Source: Dicyema japonicum
Taxonomy: Eukaryota; Animalia; Dicyemida
Assembly: GCA_011109175.1 (NCBI GenBank)
Contig: RDEW01000029.1
Location: 282,158 to 346,157, forward strand
Reading direction: 5' to 3'
Length of the DNA stretch: 64,000 nucleotides
A program made the position numbers and the translations under genes. The notes under the pieces are model-generated. The model saw only the letters and a program-made list of their open reading frames with translations. It searched no databases and had not been told where the DNA came from. Positions 51,744-64,000 of this stretch are shown here, piece by piece; position 1 is the stretch's first letter, and each line of letters starts with the position of its first letter.

Positions 51744-53089
51744 GTGCATTTAACTAATATTAACATTCAAATCTAATAAATAACATTTAATTTTACAATT
51801 TTCATTATACTGGGAAGCAAGGATGTTGAAACCCCGATCATGTGGGGCACGAGAGAGAACACCAGAAAAAGATGAGGTCACTTCTTTAGGAACGACCTTT
51901 TCTGGTAGTGCGCTTCCTACATGTTAGGGAAATTGGGGTTCACAATCCAAGTGGGGGAGCAAGTCATACTTTACCTAAATACTCCATCTGTCAGGAGACA
52001 GCTATGATTCTCGTGGACGATGGATAAACCAAGGTGTTGTAAAAACCAACGCTAGTTTCAGCTGGAGACTCTAATTTCATATAACATTAGGATGACAAGT
52101 TGAAAACCCAGTTAACAAGCTCTTAGAAATTGTTGAAAAAGGGAGAAGAGTGAGTTAGATCATTGTGCATACAAATTCACGGATGCCGGTCCTCAAGGTT
52201 GAAGAAGTAACAAATTAGATAAAATGCCCTCGATAGCCAGATTTTTAATTAACTTCCACATTACCTGTTTAATTCTCTATTTTATTACACCTTCAACCGA
52301 CAAACCTCATAAATTATCTGTGAAAGTCGTAGATCGCACCGTCTCACATTAAAATAATATTTGCTGATGAATTATCTTTATCTGTCATTCAAGCGCATCC
52401 TACTCTTGTGTTTTCTTCCAATGAATGCGTTCCAAATAACAGGAAGACCCAAGTTCAAATCTCCCTCTGTCCATTCGGGGATTGTCTTCTAGGACTCACA
52501 CACAAGAAAAGTCGAGAAGTCATGAACATTTCCAACGCCTTGGAATGATTAGCATGACTGTTCATACAAGAAAGTGTGAGTTCTGCCTAAGCTGGCGTTT
52601 AATACTGGAAGCATTACTACTCTGCGGTAGGACTGTTGTTGTGTTGTTTGAATATTTTTAACAATTCATAAACATCTCCACACAAATTTAGATTTTTTGC
52701 TTCGTTGCAATCGACTGGAAAGAGCGTGCTTTACCTTTTTGTTTCCTAGATTCTGTGCACGTTGTATTCAAACATACAGCAACAAGCATCCCCCGAACAG
52801 GAAGAGTTTAAAATTAATTTAATTAAAATTTTAATAAATTGTGAAATTATAATATACCAACCTTATTTTTATTGCGACAACTGTTAATATGATCAGATTT
52901 TGTAACGCTGTGAAACTCGATAAACTTCGTATTATTAATCATCCCAATATATCAGAGATCCAGAAGTGGAAATAAGTGCAACTGACTTCAAAAAGTAACG
53001 TTGATACCATAGTAATTTATTTGACAGGTAGTCAAGATCTCATGAGACGTTAATGACTTCCAAAGTAGAAATTGCTTTTGGAAAACTTA

Positions 53090-53870
53090 AAACCATAGAA
53101 GCCCTGGGACCAACGGTTCAACTCAGAATTGTTAAAATGTGGGCTTAAAGCTTGAGCGGGGGATAAAGGCAGTCGAAAATACCTACTTTAGAAAATTTAA
53201 GACAAGCGCAGACACTCTCAAGAAGACTCCCTTTCTGTTATCCTATGTTTGGAAGCAACCATGAGAGAACTCAGAATAGTGATTTATCCAGGCGATGTGA
53301 GCCATGTCCCTGAAGACAGATCAGCCTTGGAACGCTATCGGGAAATGTTCAAATGTGTTAGCAATGACAAGATGGAATTGACTAAAATATTGGACAACAC
53401 TCTCGAGAAGAGGTGATGCGTTCAAAAAACTCGAAGATAGGAGAAAAGCGTTAACTAACGATCAATCCACGGGTAATCAAAGGATGGTTGAAACGCCAAG
53501 GAGTTATTGCTAAACAAAGGATGAGATTGTACGACTAATTCGTTTGGCCCATACTATTTATAACGTAGGGCTTGGGGGAACACGAAAGATTAAGTAAAAG
53601 GTTAGGCTCCTTCGAGAGGAAGGACGTGAGGAAACCTACTGAGACGAATTGGTCTATCAGAATCTCGAATAGTGCAATCTACGTAAAGATCAGATGCAAA
53701 CCAATAAGCCTGGAAATCACGGAATCTCGCTGGAGTCTGTTCGGGCATATTCCGAGAGTGAACACTAATTTCTAGAATACTGCTATTGTGTTTTCAAAGA
53801 AAGCTACTTCCGTGGAAGGCCCAGATTAATTCCTCAAGTAGCACTAGTAACCTAAAAAACTAAATAGGAA
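53090..53870 (+). mobile_element. Highly degenerate RTE LINE relic
   Basis: SELLKCG-like and SRWSLFGHIPR motifs with many stops. Confidence 0.5.
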
Positions 53871-54047
53871 GTTGTGATCACTGTGCAACAATCGAGGAAT
53901 GTGATGTTAAATAATGCGGTTTCCCATACTGTGGTTTCCACAAAATTGTTTATAATTATAACCGCAATGTGTAACGACCATGAAACTAAAATTGCTTAAA
54001 ACAAAGAGAAACTAAAATTAAGAGAAAGTTAATATCCAACCGTTCTA

Positions 54048-55568
54048 TTAATTAATAAGATAGGATTCCAGTCTATTCATGACAGCAGTGATGTAGTCGT
54101 CAGTATTACAGTAATCCCCATCCCCAACACTACAGGATCAACACAAGCCTCACTTTTCAAGTCCTTTCACGCAAATGGCCAAATCCTTAGTCATCACACC
54201 AGCATCAATAGTGTCCACACAAGCCTCCTCCAAAGCTGTACAGAACCAGAAATTATCCAAAGTTTGCTAACTTTGTCAACTCTGAGTTTCCATCTAAAAC
54301 AGCTCTGTGATGGAGTCCTTGTGTCCATGCAAAAATACTGGCTACGGGATTTGTGCTGGTCGACTTTCCTTGCTGATATTGCCTGTAATGCCTAGTAACA
54401 GTCCCATGAGCAGCTTCCGACTCAATCGTTCTCCCATCAGGGCAAACGAGCACACTCTTCATCATACCAAGTGAGCCATATCCTTAGAATAGAGCCAACT
54501 GACAAACCCTGAGCAACAATATCAGACTGAACGTCCCCATCGTAATTTTTTAGCCCCCATACAAACCCACCCTTTGATTTAAGGGCCTGAGCCACCATGT
54601 CGTCGATCAATCTGTGCTCATATTCTATTCCAACCGCAGAGAACTGATTTTTGTATTCACTAACATAAATCCTCAGTCTACCGGTCATATAACTCTTGAA
54701 ATATGTCCTTAAACCTTCCGTCATAAACTTTCAAAATTGTATTTTTTGTGCTCATAAAAAGAGGCATTTTCTTGGTCAACGCCAATTTGAAACAGCTATG
54801 GGCAAAATTGTAGATTGACTGAAATGACTCCACCCATACCTCGTCGGTGTTATACATTCCCATTGCCACTCCGGGGGATGGAAATTTGAATACACTTTTT
54901 GTGATCGTCTGAGATGATCCCTGCGGACGGAAGACAAGTTCCAACTCTCCTGGACCACTGACCAGCATTTCGGTGGCTTTGTACTGAAAATACTCAATAT
55001 TCAGCAACCTGATCGGCATGAGCGTGACGTCCAACTATGATAGGTTCGGCCCAGTTTGGAACGACACGTGGGATTGTCTTGCAGATTATTGGCTCCCTGA
55101 AAACCGTGCCATTGAGGATGTTTCTAATCGTCCCGTTTGGACTAGGGTACATTTTCTTTAGGCCGAATTCTTGGATTAGCAGCAAACTCCACCTTTAACT
55201 CTGGCTTCGTCTGGAGTTATTGTGGCACATTTAATTCCCACGTTGTATTTTTTGATTGCATTTGCTGCATCCACTGTTACTTGGTCGTCAGTGAGATCCC
55301 TGTTTGGGAGGGATAAGTCGAAATACAGACATTCCAAGTTCAAAAATGGTTGGATTAGCTAATTAAGGACATTAAAACTACTTTGGATTTTATTTTCTCC
55401 CAGATTATTCTAGTCATTTCATCCCCGTCCAATTCAACTATGGGGTTGGCAACCTTTATTTTGTTGAATGGAGTAACACTTCCGAAGCATCTTTCCCCCA
55501 CACGAGCACACATATTGACTGATCTGAATAGTCTAATTATTGTCAATTAGCAAACACCCTGGAAGCAT
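54048..55568 (-). CDS. IDH2: NADP-dependent isocitrate dehydrogenase, mitochondrial type (multi-exon)
   Basis: [75 protein letters not shown]; Arg-rich N-terminal presequence. Confidence 0.92.
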
Positions 55569-55659
55569 GGGAATTCCTTATTTGAATTTACATAATATAA
55601 TTCATTATTTTATTTATTATTTTTAAACTTTTTAATTTTACAAGGTTTTCCTATTTATT

Positions 55660-55800
55660 TAATAACTTTGTCATAAAATTTAATAACTATGTCAAAAAAT
55701 TTAAAACTTTGTCATAAAATTTAATAACTTTGTCAAAAATATAATAATCATGTCAAAAAATATAATAATTTTGTCAAGGGTCAATAACTTTGTCAAGAAT
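55660..55800. repeat. ~21-bp AT-rich minisatellite, about 7 units
   Basis: Repeated TAATAACTTTGTCA(T/A)AAAATT with substitutions. Confidence 0.8.
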
Positions 55801-55823
55801 TGGCACAACGTTTCTCCACAATG

Positions 55824-55935
55824 CCGGAACTGACCGATCTATGGGAGCGACCAACATCTGCTGCGTCCTACTTAATAGCTGCTGGCCTCCTACAAGTTAG
55901 TGAGGATGGGGTTACTTAATTAACTAACTAAGGGT
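55824..55935 (+). mobile_element. LINE 3'-end scrap
   Basis: PELTDLWERPTSAASYLIAAG...GVT* then GGGGTTACT and TAAC/TAAT tail. Confidence 0.55.
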
Positions 55936-58184
55936 CAAATTAAAAAAAACCAATTTTATAATTAATTTAAAAAAACAACTATAAATTAAAATTCCTCATT
56001 AGCCAATGCATGATGGAATTTCTCCGATGTTTTGGATTGCGTTTATTAATTCCTCAGAGTTCCTACAAATTTTTCTTTTTGATGTTATTTTTCCAAACGG
56101 AAAAAACTCTTCAATTGAATTAAGTTGAAAAGGAGGCAAAAAATACAATTCATACCCTATACACCTTTTAAAATTAACGTTATGACAAAGGGTCTCAGGA
56201 AACTAAATATAATGAAATCGTTCTTAAAGTTCAGGCTGTCACGGAAATGCGCTGTCGTCTACAATCAACTTTTAATCTGACGGTTGAGTATGCTTGTGCC
56301 TCACGGGCTTATGGAGTTTCAATATCCAATTTGTACAATATTAATTCCCTAACAGCCAAATTGGTACGTCTAACTAATCTTCTCGATCTTTTCCCACCAA
56401 TGCTTGACCATGCCTCAATCAAAAACAACGGCTCCGGTTTCTGTGTGGTCACGAAACAAGTTGTTTCTTCCATTCAAGGCTAGTGGCCTCAAATACACGA
56501 AATTTGGGGAAAAAAACCCACCCCTCTTCAAACTCTAATGAAAGATGATCGTCGTCGATACAGGAAAGCCGTGAGTACTCTGGAGGAACATGAGAAAACC
56601 CTCTCAATCCTTTTGAGGCGTACCGGGATCACTTAATTAGTTGGTTTACTCCTTCTTTCTTGGTGTTCCCTTCTCGGGGTTATTAAATAAATATAACTTA
56701 TTTCCTTACTAAACCATTTGGATGCAATCCTAGCAGCTAAGTTTTTTACAATAATAAAATATGGAAGGAACACAAGGGACCTCGACATCATGAAGCAAAA
56801 AAGACATTTTTGGTATGTCACCACCTCAATCTTATAGACAATTAGCTATTGACTAATGGTTAGCACTAAAACTAATTTGTGGTTTTTAATTTGGTCATTT
56901 TAAGCATAATTTGTTGCTGTTATGCCTTTCGTTTCCTTTGCAGTTACTTCTCCCTTTTATCTTTCTCTGCATTTAGGATATTTCTATAAGATTTCTTTCA
57001 CGACGGATTAAAGTAACACAAAATGTCAAATAATAAGATCCGTGACCATTCTTAGTATATGTCAAAGGAACCTCGTCGATTTTCCGTGATTTCAATTAAG
57101 ATTGGCTACCACTTCATCTTGTGCGCAATTCTGTTTACTATTCTGAAGTTCCCTTGGTAAAACAAGTTCAGTTTATGTTAGTCAGGTAGCAAACCCAATA
57201 ACGGTGTTGTGCAACATTACAGGCTTAACAATGTGTTATATAGATTCCTCTCTTGAGTTCCGTTATTTACATTTTGTTCCCATTAACCGCCAGAAACCAT
57301 CCTGATCCCGGTAGATCTCTTAACAAATGAAAACGGCAAAAAGCAGTTATGCAAATGGGGTACCTCAAAAGAGTGCATTATAAGGGTAAAGTATCCGCTA
57401 CTCTGTTGTGTCCTGAACTGTTTGATTGCTTACCGGAACTATCACCAACTGAGTGTCAAATGGATAGATAAATGGACTCGTAAAGTGCGACCAGTTGTTG
57501 AGAATGCAAAAGTGTCCTCAGTAACCAAAACCTCGGGTGGGGTAGAGTGCAATAAATAAGATATTGTCTCTCTCTTCCTTCCTAAGATATTGTGTCATTG
57601 GATCCACCTTACTCAGGAAATGCCAAATGACTGACCGGCAATCAAAAAGATCCAACTATTCTTCCATCAGAGACAATTTCGTTCCCCAGCGACGAGTTCT
57701 GGAATGGACCTCAGTCTCCTGACAACGTTCTCTGGGCCACTGTTCTTGAGTGAAGGTTCAGGATTAAAGAATTTGTTAGTTTGGTTTTACCCTTGGTCTT
57801 TGGAATAATTTAATTATTTATTTTATCTAAAAACAGTGTTTGTGTGAACTCGGGAAAATCTGGTCAAGATGACCTCGTTGTTGCAATTGACGGAATCACG
57901 TGATTAGTTAGTTTGGGTTTACCGTGATTTTTTAATTTAATTTATTAAACCAAAATCACTAGATAAGTGAACCTAGTATCCAGTCGAGTCCTTTTCCTGC
58001 GGTTAGTTTTGGAGTCCTTGATTAATCTCCATAAAAGGAAGAGGCATGTCGAAACACTTAAGTGTTGGCATTATGCAATCGTGGAGGCGCGTGTCGTACC
58101 CGGAAACTAGATGTGTTAAAATATTTTTGGTGTTTTTTGAATAAAAATAATAAAAATAATTTAATAAATGTTAAATTAATTTAA

Positions 58185-59794
58185 ATGTTAACGGTGAGAT
58201 TGTTTGGCCGACTTTGCCTCCGCTTCTTTGACGATTGGTGTAAGGACCTCACTTCACATTTAAGGGACCACAACCTCAGAGATCTTCAAGGATAACCTTG
58301 CAATTAGTGTTTATGAACAGTGCGGTTACAAACTCCACACTCCTCACAGAATGCTTGTCCTACATCCTTGTACTTTTTTCTTTCATTTTGAAGATGTCGA
58401 AAAATTAGAGGATCCCTTTCATGTCACCACAGAAAGAGATCTTGAAGAGGCCAAGTCACTCATCGCTTCCGTCACACCGTGGACTGTCAGTGGAGAAGTA
58501 CTGTTTTGTTTAACGAGATTTCCTTTGCTGTTAAGTCGATCAACTCCGAGACCATTTTTTGGCCTTCTGATCTTCCCTCTGTTAGAAGAATCGTAACTGA
58601 AAGTGGGAGTTCGGCGATCTTCATAAACCACAGATCTCTTAAAGCTCAGCAAATCAAGTTTCTTAGAAATGCTCTTTCAGTGCCCATATTCGACAGGTAA
58701 CAGTAATTGGGATTTCAGGTGGGCTGTCATTTTGCACATTTTCAGACTTTATGCCCGCTCTTCTGAGGCGAGGAGGCAGCTCTTTATGGCGGAGCTTCAT
58801 TTTATAAGGTTGGGGACCATTTAATGATCAGTTCTCGATTTCGTGCGGTGGACAACCCCATAATGTCCTACGAAGATTGCAAGTTGTCGATTGATGTACC
58901 TCAGCGCTTAATCTAAGTAGAGGTACAAAAAGAGGGCGAAGAAACTAATGGAGGACAGCAGAAAGACTCAAAATATCAGACAGAGAAACCGCGTTTCCGC
59001 GAATTTATTGAATATTTCCGTGATTGGATACACAAATTCAGGTTCTATGGAAATTTGTGATTATAAGGTAAGACGTCACTTATACGGTGCCTAACTGAAG
59101 ATACTCGACTAATTGGCGATTCTCGATTGTTTGCCACGCTGGATGTGTCAGTCCACGTGGGATATCTGTTTGATTCAACCCCCGTGACCTTCCACGATAC
59201 GGTCGGTTTTGTGCATCAGATTCCCTCCTATCTCTGGCCCTGTTTTGAGGCAACTTTTTTGGACTCTATAAACTCGGTCTCTAGTCTATTTGAGCCTTCA
59301 GGACTTATTAATTCACGTGGTCGATTCGAGATGTCCCAACAGCTCACAGAAAATGGACACTGTTGTGAAGACTCTATCAAAACTCAATGCTGTGCAGCCA
59401 ATTCTTACAGTTTTCAACAAAATTGATATCTCGGGGAAGAGGTTGGTTGGTTTACTCTACTTAGTCTTGAGAGTGAGTCGGATCTTCGAGTCAGTTGCCT
59501 CACTCTTGAGGGTATCGACCAGTTAAAATCGAAACTAGGAAATCTGCTGCTCTCTGAGGGTCTCTTTATCAGAAAGACTCTCAAAGTCGTATCCAATGGA
59601 AAAATTTGGCGGTATCATTTGATTTAACCCACAGTTGGTGCCACGAGAATGCCACAGTGAACGATTCAAGGCTTATTGATGGGGACTTTGACCATCTTCT
59701 GCTTGATGTTGTCTTCTCTAAGCGGTCGTTTGCCACATTTAAATCAAAATTCAACAAAAATAAGACTTATTTAACTATAAATGTTAATAAGTAA
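58185..59794 (+). CDS. GTPBP6: HflX-family mitochondrial GTPase (multi-exon)
   Basis: VPIFDR, ILHIF..A.S.EA..Q, G1 VIGYTNSGKT split by a 26-nt intron, LFATLD, DTVGF, DLLIHVVD, VFNKID. Confidence 0.85.
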
Positions 59795-60244
59795 GCCATA
59801 ATGATGAGAAATGTTATAAATCCGACAATGCAGATAATGTAGGCTCCGCGGATTTTGATTTTAGCCCCCTCAGTCAGTCCTCTGGTGTTTAATTGTATGG
59901 CCTTTCTGCCGTATATTATAGCTACTGTCCCGAAAATAGGGTTTATTACGAAGGTTAAAGTAACTGCCGCGAAGAGTTTCGCAAAAACTGCGGGATTCTC
60001 TAGAATGTTATGCAAATCATTTACCGTCTTCAAGTTTATTACTTTTGGCGGCGTTAGAGTCCGATTGACTGTAGAGCTGGTCGGCGATGGGATCGAGCTT
60101 TACATGCTTTATGTTTTTCATTGATTTGGTTGCAGTTGTCGATGTTTTTGGTTTCTCTTCAACCTTCCTGATTTCTAGTTTCTCGCTAGAGGTGATCAAA
60201 TCGTTGCATGCGTAAACGTTGTCGAATTCATCCCCAGATTCCAT
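59767..60244 (-). CDS. CD225/dispanin-family membrane protein (2 exons)
   Basis: Hydrophilic N-terminus, 25-nt intron GTAAATGATTTGCATAACATTCTAG, then two hydrophobic segments NPIFGTVAIIY...GAK...AYIICIVG. Confidence 0.6.
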
Positions 60245-60699
60245 ATTAACTGAATTATTGATTGTATCAGGTTACTTGTGCGTTTCGCTGGAAAAGTTAT
60301 AAATATTTTGTTTTACGGGGGATTATGTTTTATTTTTTTGAAAAATAAAGCTTTTTATTTTTAATAAATAATACAATTTTAAATTTAATTTTTATTATTT
60401 TTAATTACCAACAATGTTACTTTTACCAAATTATAGATCTACGCTTAGACGAGTAAAAAAGAATCCGTACAAAATAGACTCTGACTGAGTCACCCTCAAT
60501 GTGGGAGTTTGTTGTATTTATATATTGGGGGTTTAAAAAACCAAATCCGTTCTGAAATAGGATTAACGTGTAATCCTGAATATTACCATGTTTTGTGCTT
60601 ATTAGGAATCATTTCAGCATTTACAGCCATTTCATTAATTTAAACAAATACTCTGTCCCTACCGAGAAAGTAGGGTTTTAAACCAACTAATTAGGTGAT

Positions 60700-61500
60700 A
60701 CATCTCTCCAATAGCTCAGAACTCCCCTGAGTGTCTGCCAGCTCTATCTATTCAAGTTGTGACTCAAAACTAGAGACACCTATTCTTTAGCGTAGTAGGG
60801 GACATTCGGTCTCTTGAACATAATCTTATTTACGATTGACTTTGAGCTCCTCACTCTCCGGGTGTACGTTCCAGAAAGAAGGATTTGTGCTTATTTAGCA
60901 TTTTTAGTTGAGAGTTTCACCTACTCTCACTTAGCCTCTGAAATGTTCCAGCAATTTCTCATGCAGGTCGCCGATTTTTTAAGACAAGGCTAAGCAATCC
61001 TGTGGATCTGCGCATTTTCTCAGTTTAGTTCTTAGATTTTTTTCTTTTCAACACAATCTTCTTGATGTGCCAAGAAATAGGAAAACATCATCGTTTCTTG
61101 AGTATATTTTTTGGCCAAAACTTTCCAGATAATTTATGGTCTGTTTTGTGTACTCAGATTCACAGATAATAGCAGCGGACTGTGGTCGCTGCCAATCTCC
61201 TAAAGAGTATTGGTACCTCCCCGTATTCTGTAATAGCAGGCTAAATTAGAAGACGCCAAGTTTATCACATACGAAAGGGAGAGAAGTGATTTTCCTACCC
61301 CCAAGGCCTTCAAATAGCTTCTTCATGAGCTATCTGTTCTTGTTTTACTTCCTAGAACCGAAGGACGTGTTCTTGGAGTTAAGATCCTCTCCTAGAATGT
61401 CCATCGGGTATTCACACAAGAACTCAGAGCATTTGGAGTTAGGATCTTTTTCATAGAATGGTAAGAACTCAACCTATTCATGAATTGAGCGTAACTTATT
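60700..61500 (-). mobile_element. Degenerate LINE APE endonuclease relic
   Basis: GEDLNSKNTSFG and IGSDHSPLLL motifs. Confidence 0.5.
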
Positions 61501-61828
61501 GCCAATTCAATTCAATACATGTATTAATTACCCTGATCCATTCTCTAATTCATCATGAGCGTTGTTAAAGGTCTCCCATTTGTGTCTCTTGCAATGTCAA
61601 ACACGTTTTTGGGCAAAAATAAAAAAAATTCGTCTAATGTTGATTTTGAGTGATAAGTAAAATTTATCGTACGTGATGCTATACAACACTAATATAGGTT
61701 TTCCAGACCATTAATTTTTTAAGAGTAAAAAAACTTTTATAATTTTCTGATTTTCAGCACCTCCTCTACATACCATCAGACCTTTTGCCCAGTACTCGTT
61801 ACACTGCACCACCAGACAAAAAACACAA

Positions 61829-61997
61829 TTTATTTATTTATTAACCCCGGATACACCATCCTGAATCAGCATAAGGGTAAGACGTCCATTACATGCAGTT
61901 GTGGAAACCCCTCCAGTGGAGTGGGGAAAGCAAATGATCCTTTTTCGTGCCGGCTTGGCACTAGGCCGTCACCTAGACAGGTGGATCACATGACGCC
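61829..61997 (-). mobile_element. Ribozyme-headed non-autonomous element, internally deleted sister of 36258-36491; ribozyme core 61935-61997
   Basis: Same head and tail; P1 covaries (GGCGUCA/UGACGGCC); P4 GUGCC/GGCAC; J4/2 CGAAAAA; lacks about 67 nt of body. Confidence 0.8.
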
Positions 61998-62339
61998 ACT
62001 CTATTAGGAAGAGAGGAGGAACAGACAAGCAAGCCAGAAAACTTCAACCAATTAACCACGCAGCACCACATGACGCCACGCGGCGTGAGAATTAAGAGAA
62101 AAAACACAATAATTAATGGAAATAAAAAAATAATTAATGTGTACAGTAATGTTGTGTAAATTTAGATACAAGTTCTTTGATATTATTATTGTAATATATA
62201 ATTTGTTGTTGTGGAGCATGTTTGTTTCTCTGAATGAGTTAGAAACATTACCAGAGGACCTATTTACGAATGGATATGAAAGAAAACCAACACTAACGTA
62301 GACATGGTGTTCCATGGAGTGCTTACAGAACAGGGAATT

Positions 62340-64000
62340 TCGCATGATTATATGACTTTTACTATCACGTCACTACGGGCCGATGGCTGAATCGTTGACC
62401 AAGATCACAAAGCTGAATGGATCGTACAAGTTGTTGGAACTGCCAAGTCGAGATTTGGAAGGATTCCTCGAGGTGGGTGGCCGTTAATCGCAGATATCTT
62501 CAATATGGGGTTCGGTACCACCAAATCTGTGGCAAACGTAAAATTACTTCCCAAAACTCATGTAAAGAATACTACCTGTCACCAAGAAGGAAATCGGCAG
62601 AGCGTCGAGAAGTCGGAGATTGCCTGTTTCACTAAGTACTTGGAAGAGTTTTCATGCCGGATTCAATAGATCAAGTCGATGCCCCGGGATAAACGAAAAC
62701 AACCAAGAAAATTCGCTATCAGTTTACTCAAAAATGGATATATTATCCGGATTGAATTATGCTGTGGGACACTATATCAATAATATGCCCTAATACAATG
62801 GAAGATATTACAGATATTCTGTATGCAACACATGCTCATATGAAACACTTACTACCACTGTTCACAAGGAGACCAACTGGCTGCAATCAAATAATAGGCG
62901 ACTCACAAAACTAAATAATCACGCTGAGAAAATCAGCGCACTAGTTGGGTCATTGGGAAGTCAGAAGTATGATGATTCGACGAGAGAAGCTTTGTGTGCT
63001 TATGCATACAAGAAGTCAAAAAAGGAGATCTTGCGAGAGTGTTGTGTACAATCAATGAGAGATTAGAATTGTTGAAAAAAAGATTAGGATGCACAAGTCC
63101 AGAAAGGAATTTCGAAGAGACAATTTATGCTTTGAGCTTAAATAGAAGGCGCTTTTATAGGAAAATGAGAGAGGAAGGCCTGTTCTGTGTACAATTTTGA
63201 GATCGAGGAATGTTCAGCTTTTTGGAAAAACATGTGGAAGGAAAAGGATAAGAAGGATGTGGTATTCTCTATATCCAAATGAGACGTATGCTGAGTTCTC
63301 GAAAGAAGGATTGTTGGGAATAATCAAACTATTGCCTAATTGGAGAGCGTGGGGATGTGATCTACAATTTCTTTATTAAGAAGATTCGTCACTCCATGAA
63401 CATATATACAAGAAGTAGAAAAGGTGATAAAGGAAAAATCGACTCTTGAGGCATGGTTTTTCACTGGTGTCACTTACCTTATCACGAAGAAAGAGGTCTG
63501 TGACTCTTTGAAGGACCTTAGACTGATCACGTGTATGTCTAACCTCTATAAATTGACAACAAAGTGGGTGAATAGCAAGCTAAGCAAATATATTGAAGCA
63601 TTCGATCTAATCAGTGATAACCAGTTAGGAACTCGTAGAATGTGCCAGGACGCAAAGAACAAGCCTTGGTCAACCAATGCATTAACAAACAGTCGGTCAA
63701 TTTACGCTCGACTTGGATCGATGTAAAGAAAGCGTTTGATTCTGTGGATCATGGCTTTTTGTACGAAGTTTTAGAAAACTCCGGATTACCTATATGGATT
63801 ATTACGTTTATAAAAAAATCTTATGAAAATGTGGACACTCCAACTAAAATTTAATGGAAAATTGCTTGGTGTGGTGAATCTTAGAAGGGGAATATTACAA
63901 GAAGATTCCTTATTTCCACAGTTATTTTGTATTATTGATTGATCCGTTGAGTCGACTATTAAATGGTAAATACCCTACGTGACCATGGATGCTGAGGGAA
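62340..64000 (+). mobile_element. Degenerate R4/Dong-like non-LTR retrotransposon RT, runs off window
   Basis: WFFTGVTYLITKK, LRLITCMSNLYKLTT, NQLG, WIDVKKAFDSVDH, RGILQEDSL.P.LF. Confidence 0.65.

Overview
AT-rich eukaryotic genomic DNA from a ciliated animal with extremely short spliceosomal introns (about 22-27 nt in every gene I could parse). That size is known from dicyemid mesozoans; the taxon is my inference. Compact host genes are TBCCD1, KRR1, a reduced Pellino, ARMH1, RABGGTB, an ankyrin-repeat gene, axonemal dynein DNAH7, IDH2, GTPBP6/HflX and a CD225/dispanin gene. They lie among many transposon remnants: RTE, Ingi/Vingi-like, CRE-like and R4/Dong-like LINEs, nested MULEs, pogo/Tigger relics with a MITE, and a tRNA-derived SINE. 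Bases 1-4775 are an inverted near-copy of about 26440-30652. The most notable signal is a family of seven ~62-70 nt elements that fold, with compensatory base changes, into an HDV-like ribozyme topology. Three head APE-RT LINEs, where a reading frame runs through the predicted ribozyme toward a 2A-like (StopGo) motif just before the endonuclease. Four head short non-autonomous elements, one of which has a 12-bp TSD placing its 5' end at the predicted cleavage site. No rRNA, intact tRNA or CRISPR array was seen. Family names come from recalled motifs, not database searches. Several 1-nt homopolymer indels in essential genes suggest assembly errors, so frameshifts should be read cautiously.
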